From Paludibacteraceae bacterium (GTDB lineage: Bacteria; Bacteroidota; Bacteroidia; Bacteroidales; Paludibacteraceae): 47,437 nt of DNA. Location of the stretch: the NCBI GenBank assembly GCA_035402725.1, contig DAONDU010000001.1, positions 1-47,437 of the forward strand. Direction: 5' to 3'. Below, in pieces: positions 47,329 to 47,437 of the stretch (positions are counted from its first letter, which is position 1; each line of letters begins with the position of its first letter). Position numbers and translations under genes: made by a program. The notes beneath the pieces are model-generated. The model was given only the letters and a program-made list of their open reading frames with translations, searched no databases and was not told the origin of the DNA.

Positions 47329-47437
47329 GAATTGAATATTTTATTCTTTCCCGGCAAATTCCCGCAAATACAGAACGGAAAAACAACCAAATCATTAAAA
47401 AATCAGACACTAAAAAATAAAACGACTATGATGACTA

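Noticed and set aside
1-47437. CRISPR arrays, IS elements/transposases, integrases, prophage genes, toxin-antitoxin pairs, restriction-modification or other known defence systems.
   Set aside because: I scanned the ORF translations and the spacers. I found no repeat-spacer periodicity, no DDE or tyrosine-recombinase motifs, no reverse transcriptase and no terminal inverted repeats flanking a cassette.

Overview
This 47.4-kb window looks like a chromosomal segment of a Bacteroidota (Bacteroidia-type) genome. Intergenic regions carry TAnnTTTG -7 promoter boxes rather than sigma70 -10/-35 elements. Shine-Dalgarno sequences are almost absent. The window also has a gldA-like ABC ATPase, a lipoprotein Omp85 (TamL-like) and a protein with a T9SS type-B-like C-terminal domain. 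I support 48 protein genes and one tRNA-Arg(CCT).

Most content is core housekeeping: proB, dtd, pssA, ruvB, tcdA, dgt-like, the purH-mreBCD-mrdA-rodA cell-shape operon, trpS, an Lrp regulator, asd, mnmG and uvrC. The accessory-looking parts are:
(i) a Wzx / six-glycosyltransferase / O-antigen-ligase-family glycan locus (9.8-18.8 kb) that ends next to the tRNA;
(ii) four tandem FKBP paralogs, one lacking the isomerase domain;
(iii) a lamin-tail-domain secreted protein;
(iv) an uncharacterised cupin / DUF438-hemerythrin-PAS / DUF1858-DUF2249 cluster preceded by Fur/PerR-like operators.

The clearest non-genic signal is a pair of near-consensus parS centromere sites filling the mnmG-uvrC spacer.

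I found no CRISPR array, transposase, integrase, prophage gene or recognisable defence system. I cannot point to a convincingly new multi-gene system. The hemerythrin/PAS cluster and the glycan locus are the best candidates for under-described biology. All family assignments rest on motif recognition by eye and need HMM or BLAST confirmation.
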